From assembly GCA_963764165.1 (NCBI GenBank), contig CAVXRD010000002.1:2368001-2432000 (forward strand): a stretch of 64,000 nucleotides of DNA, read 5' to 3'. The position numbers and the translations under genes were made by a program. Under the pieces are notes generated by a model. That model had not been told where the DNA came from. It did no database searches and worked only from the letters and a program-made list of their open reading frames with translations. Shown here piece by piece: positions 41,201 to 49,843 of this stretch; the stretch's first letter is position 1; each line of letters opens with the position of its first letter. Source of the stretch: an uncultured Verrucomicrobiae bacterium. GTDB lineage: Bacteria; Verrucomicrobiota; Verrucomicrobiia; Limisphaerales; Palsa-1400.

Positions 41201-42683
41201 CTATCAATGGCGGTTCGACGGCACGAATATCTCTGGCGCAACGAACACTTCTTTCAGCGTGGCAAGTGCTGCGCTGGCCAACGTCGGAAGTTATTCCGTG
41301 GTGGTAACCAGTCCTTATGGATCGGCAACCAGTCTGGTGGCCACTTTGACGGTGGCCGAGTCAACCGTCCAGATAGTGGGCGGCTCCGCTGTTGGCGGGG
41401 GCACGGTGGTTGTTTCCGTGGATTTAATCGCTCTGGGGAGCGAGAGCGGCTTCGGTTGCAGCCTCGATTTTGATCCTGCGCTATTGACTTACACCGGGGT
41501 AGTTTTGGGCAGCGGGGCCTCGGGTGGCGTTTTGCTGTCCAATGCCAGCGAGATTGCTTCCGGGCATCTCGGCTTGGGAATTGACATCTTTAGCGGGACG
41601 TTTGCGCCAGGAACAAATGATGTTTTCGATGTGTCATTCCTAGTCACGCCAGTGACCAACTTAACGACCACGACCCTGTCATTTGGGATGCTGCCTACGG
41701 GTGAAGAGGTGTCCGATTCCCAAGCGAACGCGCTGCCGGCGGTTTATTTGCCCGGGACCGTTGTCATTGCTGCCACAGGACTTGAAGGCGACGTTTCGCC
41801 GCGGCCCAACGGGGACGGCGCCTTGAACATCTCCGACTGGGTGCAGGAAGGCCGGTTTGTCGCTGGTTTGGATACAGTATCCAACGGCAGCGAATTTCAG
41901 CGCGCGGATTGCGCGCCACGCGGCACCTTGGGCGATGGCCAGATTACGGTGGCAGACTGGGTGCAGGTGGGCCGTTATGCGGTGGGATTGGACCCTTTGA
42001 CGGCGGCGGGCGGCCCGGCTAGCCCCGGCCCGAACATTCGCGCACCTGGAAAACTCGACCTCTCTGATCTGATTGAGCTGGTGCCGTTGTCTCAGGGGAA
42101 CCTAACCAACTCCGTGGCGGTGCAATTGACGGCCAAAGGAAATGAAAGCGCTCTGAGCTTCACTGTGACCTTTGATCCGGCTATGGTCCGGTTCGTCAAC
42201 GCCACTCTCGGAAGTGGAGCGGTGGGAGCTGCCTTGATTCAGAACACCAACAAAGTCGCCAGCGGCAGCCTGGGGCTCGTGGTTGGATTGGTCCCGCCAG
42301 CCACATTTGCCAAAGGCACCCAGCAATTGGTCAAGCTCAATTTTGCCTCCGTAGCGTATTCCAACAACGCTGCGCTCTCCTTTGGCAGCAGCCCCGTCTT
42401 TGCGCAGTTGGTTGACTCCAACGCCACTGTGCTGGCTGCCAATTTCCAAAATGGCACGCTTGCCGTAGGTGGTTCAACCTGGCCGATTTTGGGAATTAAT
42501 CAGGTCGGGAACAACGTGGTTTTGTCTTGGCCTTCATCCGCCTCCTTTTTGGAGCTGCAAGCCTCCTCCTCTTTGAGCACCGGCTGGAGCAATGTCACCA
42601 CACTGCCGTCCATCGTCGGCAACAGCCTGATGGTGACGTCCGGCCTATCAAGCAATACGGTGTTTTTCAGGCTCAAGCATTAG
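38229..42683 (+). CDS. Surface protein: 3x(LamG+Ig), Ig, cohesin-like, dockerin-like, cohesin-like, C-terminal domain
   Basis: GTG start and signal peptide; three LVAYYPFDGNANDASG...GRLDDFRIY units; FDPALL/FDPAMV cohesin-like domains; duplicated GDG.....DWVQ.GR...GLD motif. Confidence 0.88.
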   Translation: MKTISLFLGVLVIAVTGLGQAQGQVPFTNNLVAYYPFDGNANDASGNGNNGQIVGNVVPSTDRFGNPTGAYALDGVSSSAIEVTNTLFNTGQAGYTVSGWFACSNLNLPKNQVVIQTMPQAGMGLGFGPSIPVGALSLGLGTTSEWTQTGIYGNPLCSNQVWYQFVLTKSGTTYTLYLDGQVSAQQTVSTASNFDANVGCIIGSITPINPPYQETFEGRLDDFRIYNRALASNEVQELYSYESASGGPSLYITAQPQSQSVAVGQTATFSVAAGGTSPFGYQWSFDGTTIAGATNAVLTLTNVQMSESGSYSVTVTSLTNAVSSSSAVLTVTAPTQAPFTESLVAYYPFDGNANDASGNGNNGQIVGNVVPSTDRFGNPAGAYAFDGVSSSAIEVTNTLFNIGQPGYTVSGWFACSNLSLATDQDIIQTMPQAGMGLGFIPSLPTGTLDFGVGTTTEWTGGPIYGNPSCSNQIWYQFVLTKSGTTYTLYIDGQVSVQQAVSAASSYNANVGCIIGSITPINPGYHETFGGRLDDFRVYNRALASNEVQELYAYEAQTNGGGTPFYITTQPQSQSVVAGQTATFNVTVSGTPPYGYQWSFDGTNIAGATTATLTLTNVQMSQAGSYSVTVTNATEAVSSFDAVLTVTAPTQAPFTNSLVAYYPFDGNANDASGNGNNGQIVGNVVPSTDRFGNFGGSYAFDGVSSSAIEVTNTLFNIGQPGYTVSGWFACSNLSLTTDQDIIQTMPQAGMGLGFVPSLPPGTLDFGVGTTTEWTGGPIYGNPTCSNQIWYQFVLTKSGTTYTLYIDGQVSVQQTISAASNYNANVGCIIGSITPINPGYHETFGGRLDDFRIYDRALASNEVQELYAYESEPGGPSLYITAQPQGQTVVVGQTATFSVAAGGTPPFGYQWSFDGTNIAGATTATLTLTNVQVSQAGSYSVTVTNATAAVSSSNAVLNLVSPPVITSSPASQSVAVGTPVTFAAAATGTPPLAYQWRFDGTNISGATNTSFSVASAALANVGSYSVVVTSPYGSATSLVATLTVAESTVQIVGGSAVGGGTVVVSVDLIALGSESGFGCSLDFDPALLTYTGVVLGSGASGGVLLSNASEIASGHLGLGIDIFSGTFAPGTNDVFDVSFLVTPVTNLTTTTLSFGMLPTGEEVSDSQANALPAVYLPGTVVIAATGLEGDVSPRPNGDGALNISDWVQEGRFVAGLDTVSNGSEFQRADCAPRGTLGDGQITVADWVQVGRYAVGLDPLTAAGGPASPGPNIRAPGKLDLSDLIELVPLSQGNLTNSVAVQLTAKGNESALSFTVTFDPAMVRFVNATLGSGAVGAALIQNTNKVASGSLGLVVGLVPPATFAKGTQQLVKLNFASVAYSNNAALSFGSSPVFAQLVDSNATVLAANFQNGTLAVGGSTWPILGINQVGNNVVLSWPSSASFLELQASSSLSTGWSNVTTLPSIVGNSLMVTSGLSSNTVFFRLKH
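38300..41100 (+). repeat. Three intragenic ~936-942-bp repeats
   Basis: GGTGGCCTATTA anchor at 38321, 39257 and 40199. Confidence 0.9.
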
Positions 42684-42854
42684 AACGTTCTTAAAAATGG
42701 GAAGGGCAGATTGACGCAAGCCGTCTGCCCCATAAGGAATCGTGCAAATCTGTATCATCGCCTTGCTATGATCCAGGCGAACTTCATAATCCCCGCAAAG
42801 CCGCCGCGATTTGGTCAGCCAGCCGATCGTCCGCTCAACAATCCATAACAGGAC

Positions 42855-43307
42855 CTAAGCCATTTGGCCATCCGCCGCTTTTCCAACCGTCGAGTCGATT
42901 TCCGTTTGCTGGTGAATCAAATCGGCGAGGGTGGTGCGGGTGAGAGCGTCCTTCAAACCATCCTGGGCCCGCTCGAATAATCCGCAAAGCGCGCAGGTAC
43001 CGGGATGCTCGCAATCCGGGCGCGACATTTGGCAGCGTTGAAAGGCGATGCGCCCCTCCACCGCCTCGATGATTTCCAGCACGGGAATTTCCGCCGGGTC
43101 TTTTGCCAGCGCAAATCCGCCGCCGGCCCCGCGCACGGAAGTGACCAGACCGGCTTTGACTAAATTTTGGAAGATTTTCGCGAGGAAGCTTTTCGGGATT
43201 TTTTCCTGGCGGCTTAAGTCGTCAATCATCGCCCGCCGCCCCGGTTGGCACCGGGCCAGACGCATCAGTCCCATCACCCCATATTCGCCTGCGCGAGAGA
43301 TTTGCAT
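42855..43307 (-). CDS. Rrf2-family transcriptional regulator with Cys cluster
   Basis: IPKSFLAKIFQNLVKAGLVTSVRGAGGGF; C-x6-C-x5-C. Confidence 0.92.
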   Translation of the reverse strand: MQISRAGEYGVMGLMRLARCQPGRRAMIDDLSRQEKIPKSFLAKIFQNLVKAGLVTSVRGAGGGFALAKDPAEIPVLEIIEAVEGRIAFQRCQMSRPDCEHPGTCALCGLFERAQDGLKDALTRTTLADLIHQQTEIDSTVGKAADGQMA

Positions 43308-43403
43308 GCCAGCGATAACATTAAACCGCAAGTAGAGTGTCGCAAACTGAGGGTGAAGTCAACGGGAGGCCTGCCAATCCGCAACAGCGCCATATTCGAG
43401 TTC

Positions 43404-44165
43404 CTACAATTTTGATTGGAGGCCAAAACGCTCACCGATGAAGATGGTAATCCCTTTCGCGGCGGCGGCCTCGCGAATCTGCGGAAGATTCAGTCTTTTG
43501 TCGTCATCCCCGACCGATTCGATGTCGATTCGTTTCAATCGCCGCGCGCTGTTGATGATTTGGACCAGCTCGGCTTGCGACAGTGGCGCGAGCGAAATCC
43601 CAAGTTCTTCGATGCTCGGTGATTGAGCCAGCGCGATCAGGCCCTTCGAAGTAACTCGCGGGCAGTTCGGCAAACTCACGTCCGCAAGCATCGTGCGGTT
43701 GGCGATAAAGTCGCAGCTCGCATCAGTGATCGAAGCGCGTCTCAATCCTAATACCCGTAATGCTGAGATCCGCGCCAAAGACGAGACGCCCCGGTCCGTC
43801 ACCAGTGGACAATCCTCCAGAACAAGCTCGCCAAGTCGCGGGAATCCGTCCGCTGCCAAAATCTCCAACTGGTCGTCGGTCGCTCCCCCTTCAAGATCAA
43901 TCTCGAAAAGGTTTTGGAATTTCGCCAACTCCTTAAACTCCTCGGTGGCAAGTCCAGATACTTCAATATGTGTTTCGTTGCGAGAAGTGTGCTTGATGTC
44001 GCGGCGGGAGGTTATGCCGGATGGCCAATGGCCACATCCGCAGTTGCCGAAGCACGAGAGGGCAAACAGCAAAATCAACGGTTTAGAAGGCACAACTTTC
44101 ACATCGGGTTTCGCGATCGACTTAAAATGAGCAATCGTCTTACTTGAGATGGTAATGCAAATCAA
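43404..44165 (-). CDS. Leucine-rich-repeat protein (Cys-containing subtype); start uncertain
   Basis: L.L.DCPLVTDRGV..L and SLPNCPRVTSKGL repeats. Confidence 0.72.
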   Translation of the reverse strand: MICITISSKTIAHFKSIAKPDVKVVPSKPLILLFALSCFGNCGCGHWPSGITSRRDIKHTSRNETHIEVSGLATEEFKELAKFQNLFEIDLEGGATDDQLEILAADGFPRLGELVLEDCPLVTDRGVSSLARISALRVLGLRRASITDASCDFIANRTMLADVSLPNCPRVTSKGLIALAQSPSIEELGISLAPLSQAELVQIINSARRLKRIDIESVGDDDKRLNLPQIREAAAAKGITIFIGERFGLQSKL

Positions 44166-44228
44166 TTAAATGAACAAATGTTTGTAAAATCGCTGGAGGC
44201 CTTCCGCCTCACACGCTATTTGTTCCAT

Positions 44229-45791
44229 ATGACACCGAGAGGTTCATCCATATTTCGCGTCCCATTCTTCGCATTCTTCCCATTGATCGTCTCACTGATG
44301 ACGGCAGTTGCCGCACCCACCGCCACCCCTCCCAATATTCTTTTCATTATGGCGGACGATCACGCATGGCAGGCGGTCAGCGCTTACGGCGATTCGCGAA
44401 AACTCAACCAAACCCCCAACATCGATCGCATCGGAAAGCAGGGGATGCGGTTCGACCGCTGCATGGTTTGCAATGCCTTGTGCGGGCCGAGCCGCGCGTG
44501 CATTTTGACGGGCACTTACAATCACATCAACGGCTTCTACAACAACGGCAATTGCCGTTTCGACGGCTCGCAAATCACTTATCCAAAGCTGCTGCAAGCG
44601 GCGGGTTATCAAACAGCGGTGGTCGGCAAATGGCATCTGGAAACCGATCCGACCGGATTCGATTATTGGAACATTCTGCCGGGGCAGGGCGTTTATTATA
44701 ATCCGGTTCTCATTGATCGCGGGCAGAAGATCAAGCATCCGGGCTACGTCACGGACATCATCACCGACCTCTCGCTCGATTGGCTCAAGCATCGCGATCC
44801 CTCCAAGCCGTTCATGCTGCTGTGCTGGCACAAGGCGCCGCATCGGATTTGGGAGCCAGCCTTGCGCGATCTCGATTTCGACCACGACCGCGTTTATCAG
44901 GCGCCGAACAATTTATTTGACGACTACAGCGGGCGCGGTTTGGCCGAGCACGACCAAAACATGACCATCTCCAACACGATGCGCTTGAATGAAGATTCCA
45001 AGTTGACCGACCCCACGGACATCACACCCGAACAACGGGCCATTTGGGACGCTTACTATCAGCCGCGGAACAAAAAATTCTCCGCGGCAAATCTGACCGG
45101 CAATGCCCTGACGGAATGGAAATACAATCGTTTCATGCACGATTACCTTGCCTGCATCAAGGGCGTCGATGACAGCGTCGGCCGCCTGCTCCAGTATTTG
45201 GACGACACCGGCCTGGCTTCGAACACGATTGTCATTTATTCCTCCGATCAGGGATTTTTCCTGGGCGAACACGGATGGTTCGACAAGCGTTGGATTTTCG
45301 ACGAATCCGCCCGCACGCCGTTCCTCGTGCGCTGGCCGGGTGTCATTGCGCCGGGTGGTGTCAACAAGGCGCTCGTCTCGAATCTCGATCTCGCGGAAAC
45401 ATTTCTTGACGCCGCCGGAATTCCCACGCCCGACCGCATGCAAGGCCGCAGCCTGCTGCCGCTCTTTCGCGGGCTAACTCCGGCCGATTGGCGCACGGCG
45501 TTCTATTACCATTACTACGAATATCCCGCCGATCACCACGTGCGTCCTCATTACGGCGTCATCACCGAGCGTTACACGCTGGCCCGCTTTTATTGGCCAG
45601 ACGTGAATTATTGGGAACTGTTCGACCGCGAAAAAGACCCCGGCGAAATGCGCAACGTCCTGTCCGATCCCGCCTACGCCGAAGTGGGCTCCAACTTGAT
45701 GGCGGAAGTAACTCGTCTCCGCGCGGAATTAAAAGAGCCCGAGCACGACGACCCCAAAGCCTACGGCAACCAGCCAAAGAAATCGCGCTGA
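44229..45791 (+). CDS. Sulfatase (formylglycine-dependent)
   Basis: PNILFIMADD, LCGPSRACILTG (CxPxR), GKWHL, SDQG. Confidence 0.95.
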   Translation: MTPRGSSIFRVPFFAFFPLIVSLMTAVAAPTATPPNILFIMADDHAWQAVSAYGDSRKLNQTPNIDRIGKQGMRFDRCMVCNALCGPSRACILTGTYNHINGFYNNGNCRFDGSQITYPKLLQAAGYQTAVVGKWHLETDPTGFDYWNILPGQGVYYNPVLIDRGQKIKHPGYVTDIITDLSLDWLKHRDPSKPFMLLCWHKAPHRIWEPALRDLDFDHDRVYQAPNNLFDDYSGRGLAEHDQNMTISNTMRLNEDSKLTDPTDITPEQRAIWDAYYQPRNKKFSAANLTGNALTEWKYNRFMHDYLACIKGVDDSVGRLLQYLDDTGLASNTIVIYSSDQGFFLGEHGWFDKRWIFDESARTPFLVRWPGVIAPGGVNKALVSNLDLAETFLDAAGIPTPDRMQGRSLLPLFRGLTPADWRTAFYYHYYEYPADHHVRPHYGVITERYTLARFYWPDVNYWELFDREKDPGEMRNVLSDPAYAEVGSNLMAEVTRLRAELKEPEHDDPKAYGNQPKKSR

Positions 45792-45799
45792 TAAGGGAA

Positions 45800-45923
45800 G
45801 CCACAGATGCACACAGATCAACACAGATAAAAATGATGAGGCGCTGTTGTTGAAATCGTCCGTTCTCGTTCGTCCAAGGGTGCCTTTTCAGAAAATCTGT
45901 GTTGATCTGGGTCAATCTGTGGC
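45800..45923. repeat. REP-like palindromic element (CACAGAT family)
   Basis: 29-bp arms GCCACAGATGCACACAGATCAACACAGAT and its reverse complement, 3 mismatches. Confidence 0.85.
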
Positions 45924-46035
45924 CACTTTCCCCAATTTTTCTCCAAAAATTGTGCCGGACAATCTGCGGTTATTATAGGAAACCATTGCGCAATGGCGGT
46001 GTTCCTGTCACAAACAATGTGCGGTTTCACAACTT

Positions 46036-47097
46036 ATGGAACTTTCCGCGCCTAAGATCGTCGAAGACCTCGTCGCGCAAGCGGAACGGGCGGGGGCCAG
46101 CGACATCCACCTCCAGATGCGCGACGGCGCGGCCCAGGTTTCCTTCCGGCTCGACGGCCTGATGACCGATGCTCCGCCGCTGGGCGCGGAAGTGGCCGAG
46201 CGCGTTTTCGGGCGCATTAAATTTTTGGCCAAGCTCAAAACATACCAGGAATCGATGCCGCAAGATGGGCGCATCGAACGCGGCGAAATCCATTCGAAAA
46301 ACGACATCCGCGTGGCGACGTATCCGACGGTCACGGGCGAGAAAATTGTGCTGCGGCTGTTCGCCCCGGCGGGCGCCAAGAGCCTGGACGAATTGGAATT
46401 TCCGGCGGGCGCGGTGACGGAGTTGAAGAATTTCCTGCGCCAAAATGCGGGTCTGCTTTTATTGACAGGCCCGGCTGGCAGCGGAAAGACGACGACCATT
46501 TACGCCTGCCTCCGCCATCTGGCGGAAGCGGGCGGGCGGCACATCATCACGGTGGAAGACCCTGTGGAGCAAATCATCCCGCGCATCATGCAGACGGAGG
46601 TGAACGAGGCTCGCGGGTTGGATTTCGCCAAGGCGGCCCGCCACTTGTTGCGGCAGGATCCGCAGGTGCTTGTCATCGGCGAAATTCGCGACGACGAAAC
46701 GGCGGGCCTCGCCGTGCGCGCCGCGCTGACGGGGCATCAGGTGATTTCCACGCTGCACGCGGGTTCGTGCAAAGGCGTTTTCGAGCGCCTGCTCGTGATG
46801 TGCCCGGATCATTACGCGGTGATTTCCTCGGTGGCATTGGTCTTGAACCAGCGGCTCATACGGCGCTTGTGCAAGAGTTGCGGCGGCGCGAAATGCAGCC
46901 ATTGCCTTGACACCGGATACCAGGGCCGCGCGCCGGTGGTCGAATGGTTCCGGCCCGACGACAAGTCGCGCATCGAAGTGCGCTCAAGCGGACCCGAGGC
47001 CGTGAAAGTTTCGCAAACGCTCGAGGAGTCCGCCCAGGCGCTGGTGAAATCCGGCGTCACCAACGAAGCCGAGCGGCTGAGGCTCTTCGGCGCATGA
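46036..47097 (+). CDS. GspE/PilB-family secretion ATPase lacking the N-terminal domain
   Basis: ASDIH, GPAGSGKTTT, TVEDPVE, LRQDP...GEIRD, TGH..ISTLH, CxxC..CxxC. Confidence 0.92.
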   Translation: MELSAPKIVEDLVAQAERAGASDIHLQMRDGAAQVSFRLDGLMTDAPPLGAEVAERVFGRIKFLAKLKTYQESMPQDGRIERGEIHSKNDIRVATYPTVTGEKIVLRLFAPAGAKSLDELEFPAGAVTELKNFLRQNAGLLLLTGPAGSGKTTTIYACLRHLAEAGGRHIITVEDPVEQIIPRIMQTEVNEARGLDFAKAARHLLRQDPQVLVIGEIRDDETAGLAVRAALTGHQVISTLHAGSCKGVFERLLVMCPDHYAVISSVALVLNQRLIRRLCKSCGGAKCSHCLDTGYQGRAPVVEWFRPDDKSRIEVRSSGPEAVKVSQTLEESAQALVKSGVTNEAERLRLFGA

Positions 47098-48122
47098 ACT
47101 CCACCCAACTCGCCTTTGTCAATCAACAATTGGCCGACATGCTCCGCTGCGGCATTCCGCTGGAGGGCAGCCTGCGGCAGATTTGCGCCGGCATGCGGCG
47201 CGGTAAATTGCGTCAACAATTGGAATTGCTGGAGGCGGATTTGGCCGTCGGCGTTCCGCTCGACAAAGCCATCGCCCAACGAAAGCTGCCCGAATTTTAC
47301 ACGCGCCTGATCGAACTCGGCGCGCGCAGCCACGATTTTCCCGGCATCCTCACGATGCTGGCAGACTACTACGAAAATGCGGGAGAGGCTTGGGCGCAGC
47401 TTAAAGGACTGATGGTGTATCCGGTGATCGTGTTGATTTTGTCACTCGTATTTTCCACCTGGGCAGCGATGCTCGGCCATCAGTTGGCCAACTTGCTCGG
47501 GAGGGACCGGCAGCTTATGACCATGCGTTTTTCCGCCGCAAAACCGCCAGCTCGCCGCGCGGAAAAGCCGGTGTTTTTCTCCGATCCTGACAGCTTTTTG
47601 TGGATTCCGCCGATAGCCATCGGAGCGGTCGGCATACCTGTGGTGGCGGTGATGTTCGTACCCGCCTTGCGCCGGCGGATGGCGTGGCGCCTTCCCGCTT
47701 TTCGCGAGGCCAATCTCTCCCGCGTGGCGAAAGCGCTCTCCGTTTCCATGAGAGCGGGCGCGGCCTTTCCCCTCGCCGTTTCTTTGACAGCCCAAATGGA
47801 GCGCGGCACGCGGGCTGGGGTGGATTTGGCGCGCTGGCGGCAGCGGTGCGCGGATGGATCTGGAAAATTCGCCGCTATCGCCGAAGGCAGCAAGGCGTTT
47901 CCGCCGATGTTTGTGTGGATCGTCGCAGGGGCGGGCGAGGACATGGCGGCGGGATTTGAGCGCGCGGCGCAAGTTTACCAATCGCGCTCCGCCCACAAGA
48001 CCAACGTGCTTCTGTTTGCCGCGCTGCCCGTCTCCTTATTGTTTCTTGGATTAATCATACTGAGCCAGATTTTTCCAATTGGCAGGATCGTGTTCGATCT
48101 GCCCCGGTTTCTTTTTGGCTGA
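47094..48122 (+). CDS. GspF/PilC-family platform protein
   Basis: QQLADMLRCGIPL, LADYY, MVYPVIVL, FPPMF; ATGA overlap with the ATPase gene. Confidence 0.85.
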   Translation: MNSTQLAFVNQQLADMLRCGIPLEGSLRQICAGMRRGKLRQQLELLEADLAVGVPLDKAIAQRKLPEFYTRLIELGARSHDFPGILTMLADYYENAGEAWAQLKGLMVYPVIVLILSLVFSTWAAMLGHQLANLLGRDRQLMTMRFSAAKPPARRAEKPVFFSDPDSFLWIPPIAIGAVGIPVVAVMFVPALRRRMAWRLPAFREANLSRVAKALSVSMRAGAAFPLAVSLTAQMERGTRAGVDLARWRQRCADGSGKFAAIAEGSKAFPPMFVWIVAGAGEDMAAGFERAAQVYQSRSAHKTNVLLFAALPVSLLFLGLIILSQIFPIGRIVFDLPRFLFG

Positions 48123-48126
48123 ACGA

Positions 48127-49263
48127 ATGGATACATTCGCCGCTCATTTTCTTGTGTGGGTGCTGGCCTCAGTTCTGCCGATCTCGGCGCTGGCGGCGAT
48201 TGCTTATTTTTTCACCAGCCGTCCGCTGCACCGTGAGGAGCACGCGCGGCTGCTGGTGGAGTTGGTTGAATCCGCGATCGAGCAGGGCGTGCCGGTGGAG
48301 CGTTACATTGTCTCGCTGGCGGAAACGCGCGACGCCTCGCTCGGCGCGCGTTTTCACTTGCTGGCGGCATATTTGCAGCAGGGGCGCTCGCTGGCGGCCG
48401 CCCTGGAAAAAGTTCCCGCGCTCGCGCCGCCGCAATTGGCGGCCATGCTCGAAGTTGGAGAACAAATGGGGGATTATCGCCGCGTGCTGCCAGCATGCCG
48501 CGAACTGCTCCGCGACGGAGTGTCGGAATCGCGCGCGCTCATCAATTACCAAGTCGGCTTCGCCTTCCTCGTCAACCCGATGATCGCCTGCCTCCTGCCC
48601 TTCATTGGGATTAAGGCCATGCCTATAGTTCATGATATTACGAAGTCGTTTGCAATGCATCTACCGTGGCAATTTCAATTCCTGGAGCGGATGCTGCCAT
48701 GCCTGTGTATTTTACAAATGTTGGCGGTGCTGGCGATTTACGTATTTTCGGCTTTTTGCTTTGGCGGTCCGCGGCTCATGGCGTGGATGGAGCGCTCCCT
48801 GACGCCAGTGGCGGATCGGATGATGTGGCAAATGCCGTGGCGGCGCAAACGCCTGCTGCGCGATTTTTCGGCGATGCTTGGGCTGCTGCTCGACGCGCGC
48901 CTGCCGGAGGAGCAAGCCGTCAAGCTGGCGGCGCAAGGCACGGCCAACGCGACCTTTGTCCGCATGGGAAATAACGCCGCCCGCAAACTTCGCGAGGGCG
49001 CGCCCTTGCCGGAAGCGCTGCGCTGCATTGATGACGGCGGCGAATTTGAGTGGCGGATGAAAAATGCGGGGCACGGAGGCGGGAATTTTTTCCAGGCGCT
49101 GAACGGGTGGCATCGGTGGCTCCGAGTGAAGGCGTTTCAAGAGGAACAAGCCGCCGCCCAGACCATCAGCACGAGCCTTCTTTTGCTAAATGCCGTTAGT
49201 GTCGCGGCTGCCGCGACACTGGTGCTTGGCAGCATTGTCCAATTGAGCAATTTTGTTAAATGA
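48127..49263 (+). CDS. Second GspF/PilC-family protein
   Basis: G.SLAAALEK, MLEVGEQMG, FSAMLGLLLDA.LP, LREGAPLPEAL. Confidence 0.8.
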   Translation: MDTFAAHFLVWVLASVLPISALAAIAYFFTSRPLHREEHARLLVELVESAIEQGVPVERYIVSLAETRDASLGARFHLLAAYLQQGRSLAAALEKVPALAPPQLAAMLEVGEQMGDYRRVLPACRELLRDGVSESRALINYQVGFAFLVNPMIACLLPFIGIKAMPIVHDITKSFAMHLPWQFQFLERMLPCLCILQMLAVLAIYVFSAFCFGGPRLMAWMERSLTPVADRMMWQMPWRRKRLLRDFSAMLGLLLDARLPEEQAVKLAAQGTANATFVRMGNNAARKLREGAPLPEALRCIDDGGEFEWRMKNAGHGGGNFFQALNGWHRWLRVKAFQEEQAAAQTISTSLLLLNAVSVAAAATLVLGSIVQLSNFVK

Positions 49264-49715
49264 ATTCGGCCCCCATGCCATTGAAACCGCCGCCTGCGCC
49301 TGTGGACCGGGTGAGGGTGATCAATCGTTCCATGCGCTGTTTTATTTTCGGCATCGTCGGCATTGTGCCGTGGTTTGGAATTGGGATGGCTTGCCTGGCA
49401 TTCAAATTATTCCTGGAAGTGGCCGAGGAAACCGGCGAAGCCGTCAAAGTGTATCCGCTCTTTATTACCACCGTTTCAGGATTGGCCGTGTGCTCGGTTT
49501 GTTTTGTGGAGGGAATGCCAGACCAGGTTTTGATCGCCGGCCTGGCGATGCTGGCGCTTCAATTTTTTTTCCTGCGCCAGCAGTATGCGCGCAATGCCCC
49601 GTCGGAATGGAACGCGGCGCGGCATCTTGTTTACTGGGGAATAGCGATGGCGAATCTTGGAATCGTGTTGTCGGCCGCGGTGGCGCTGCTGGTGATTTAC
49701 GCGCTTAAGTCATGA
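49260..49715 (+). CDS. Small membrane protein
   Basis: About 4 hydrophobic segments; overlaps the upstream stop. Confidence 0.75.
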   Translation: MNSAPMPLKPPPAPVDRVRVINRSMRCFIFGIVGIVPWFGIGMACLAFKLFLEVAEETGEAVKVYPLFITTVSGLAVCSVCFVEGMPDQVLIAGLAMLALQFFFLRQQYARNAPSEWNAARHLVYWGIAMANLGIVLSAAVALLVIYALKS

Positions 49716-49734
49716 GCGCCCTAGAGACATTTCA

Positions 49735-49838
49735 AAAGGTAGGGACGCCTCGCCGAGGCGTCCGGGGACTTTCGCAAGTCCGAACGCGTTCGAATAACGC
49801 CACAGCCTCGGACGCCTCGGCGAGGCGTCCCTACCTTT
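49735..49838. repeat. GTAG-family REP doublet
   Basis: Perfect 30-bp inverted arms AAAGGTAGGGACGCCTCGCCGAGGCGTCCG. Confidence 0.9.
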
Positions 49839-49843
49839 AACAG

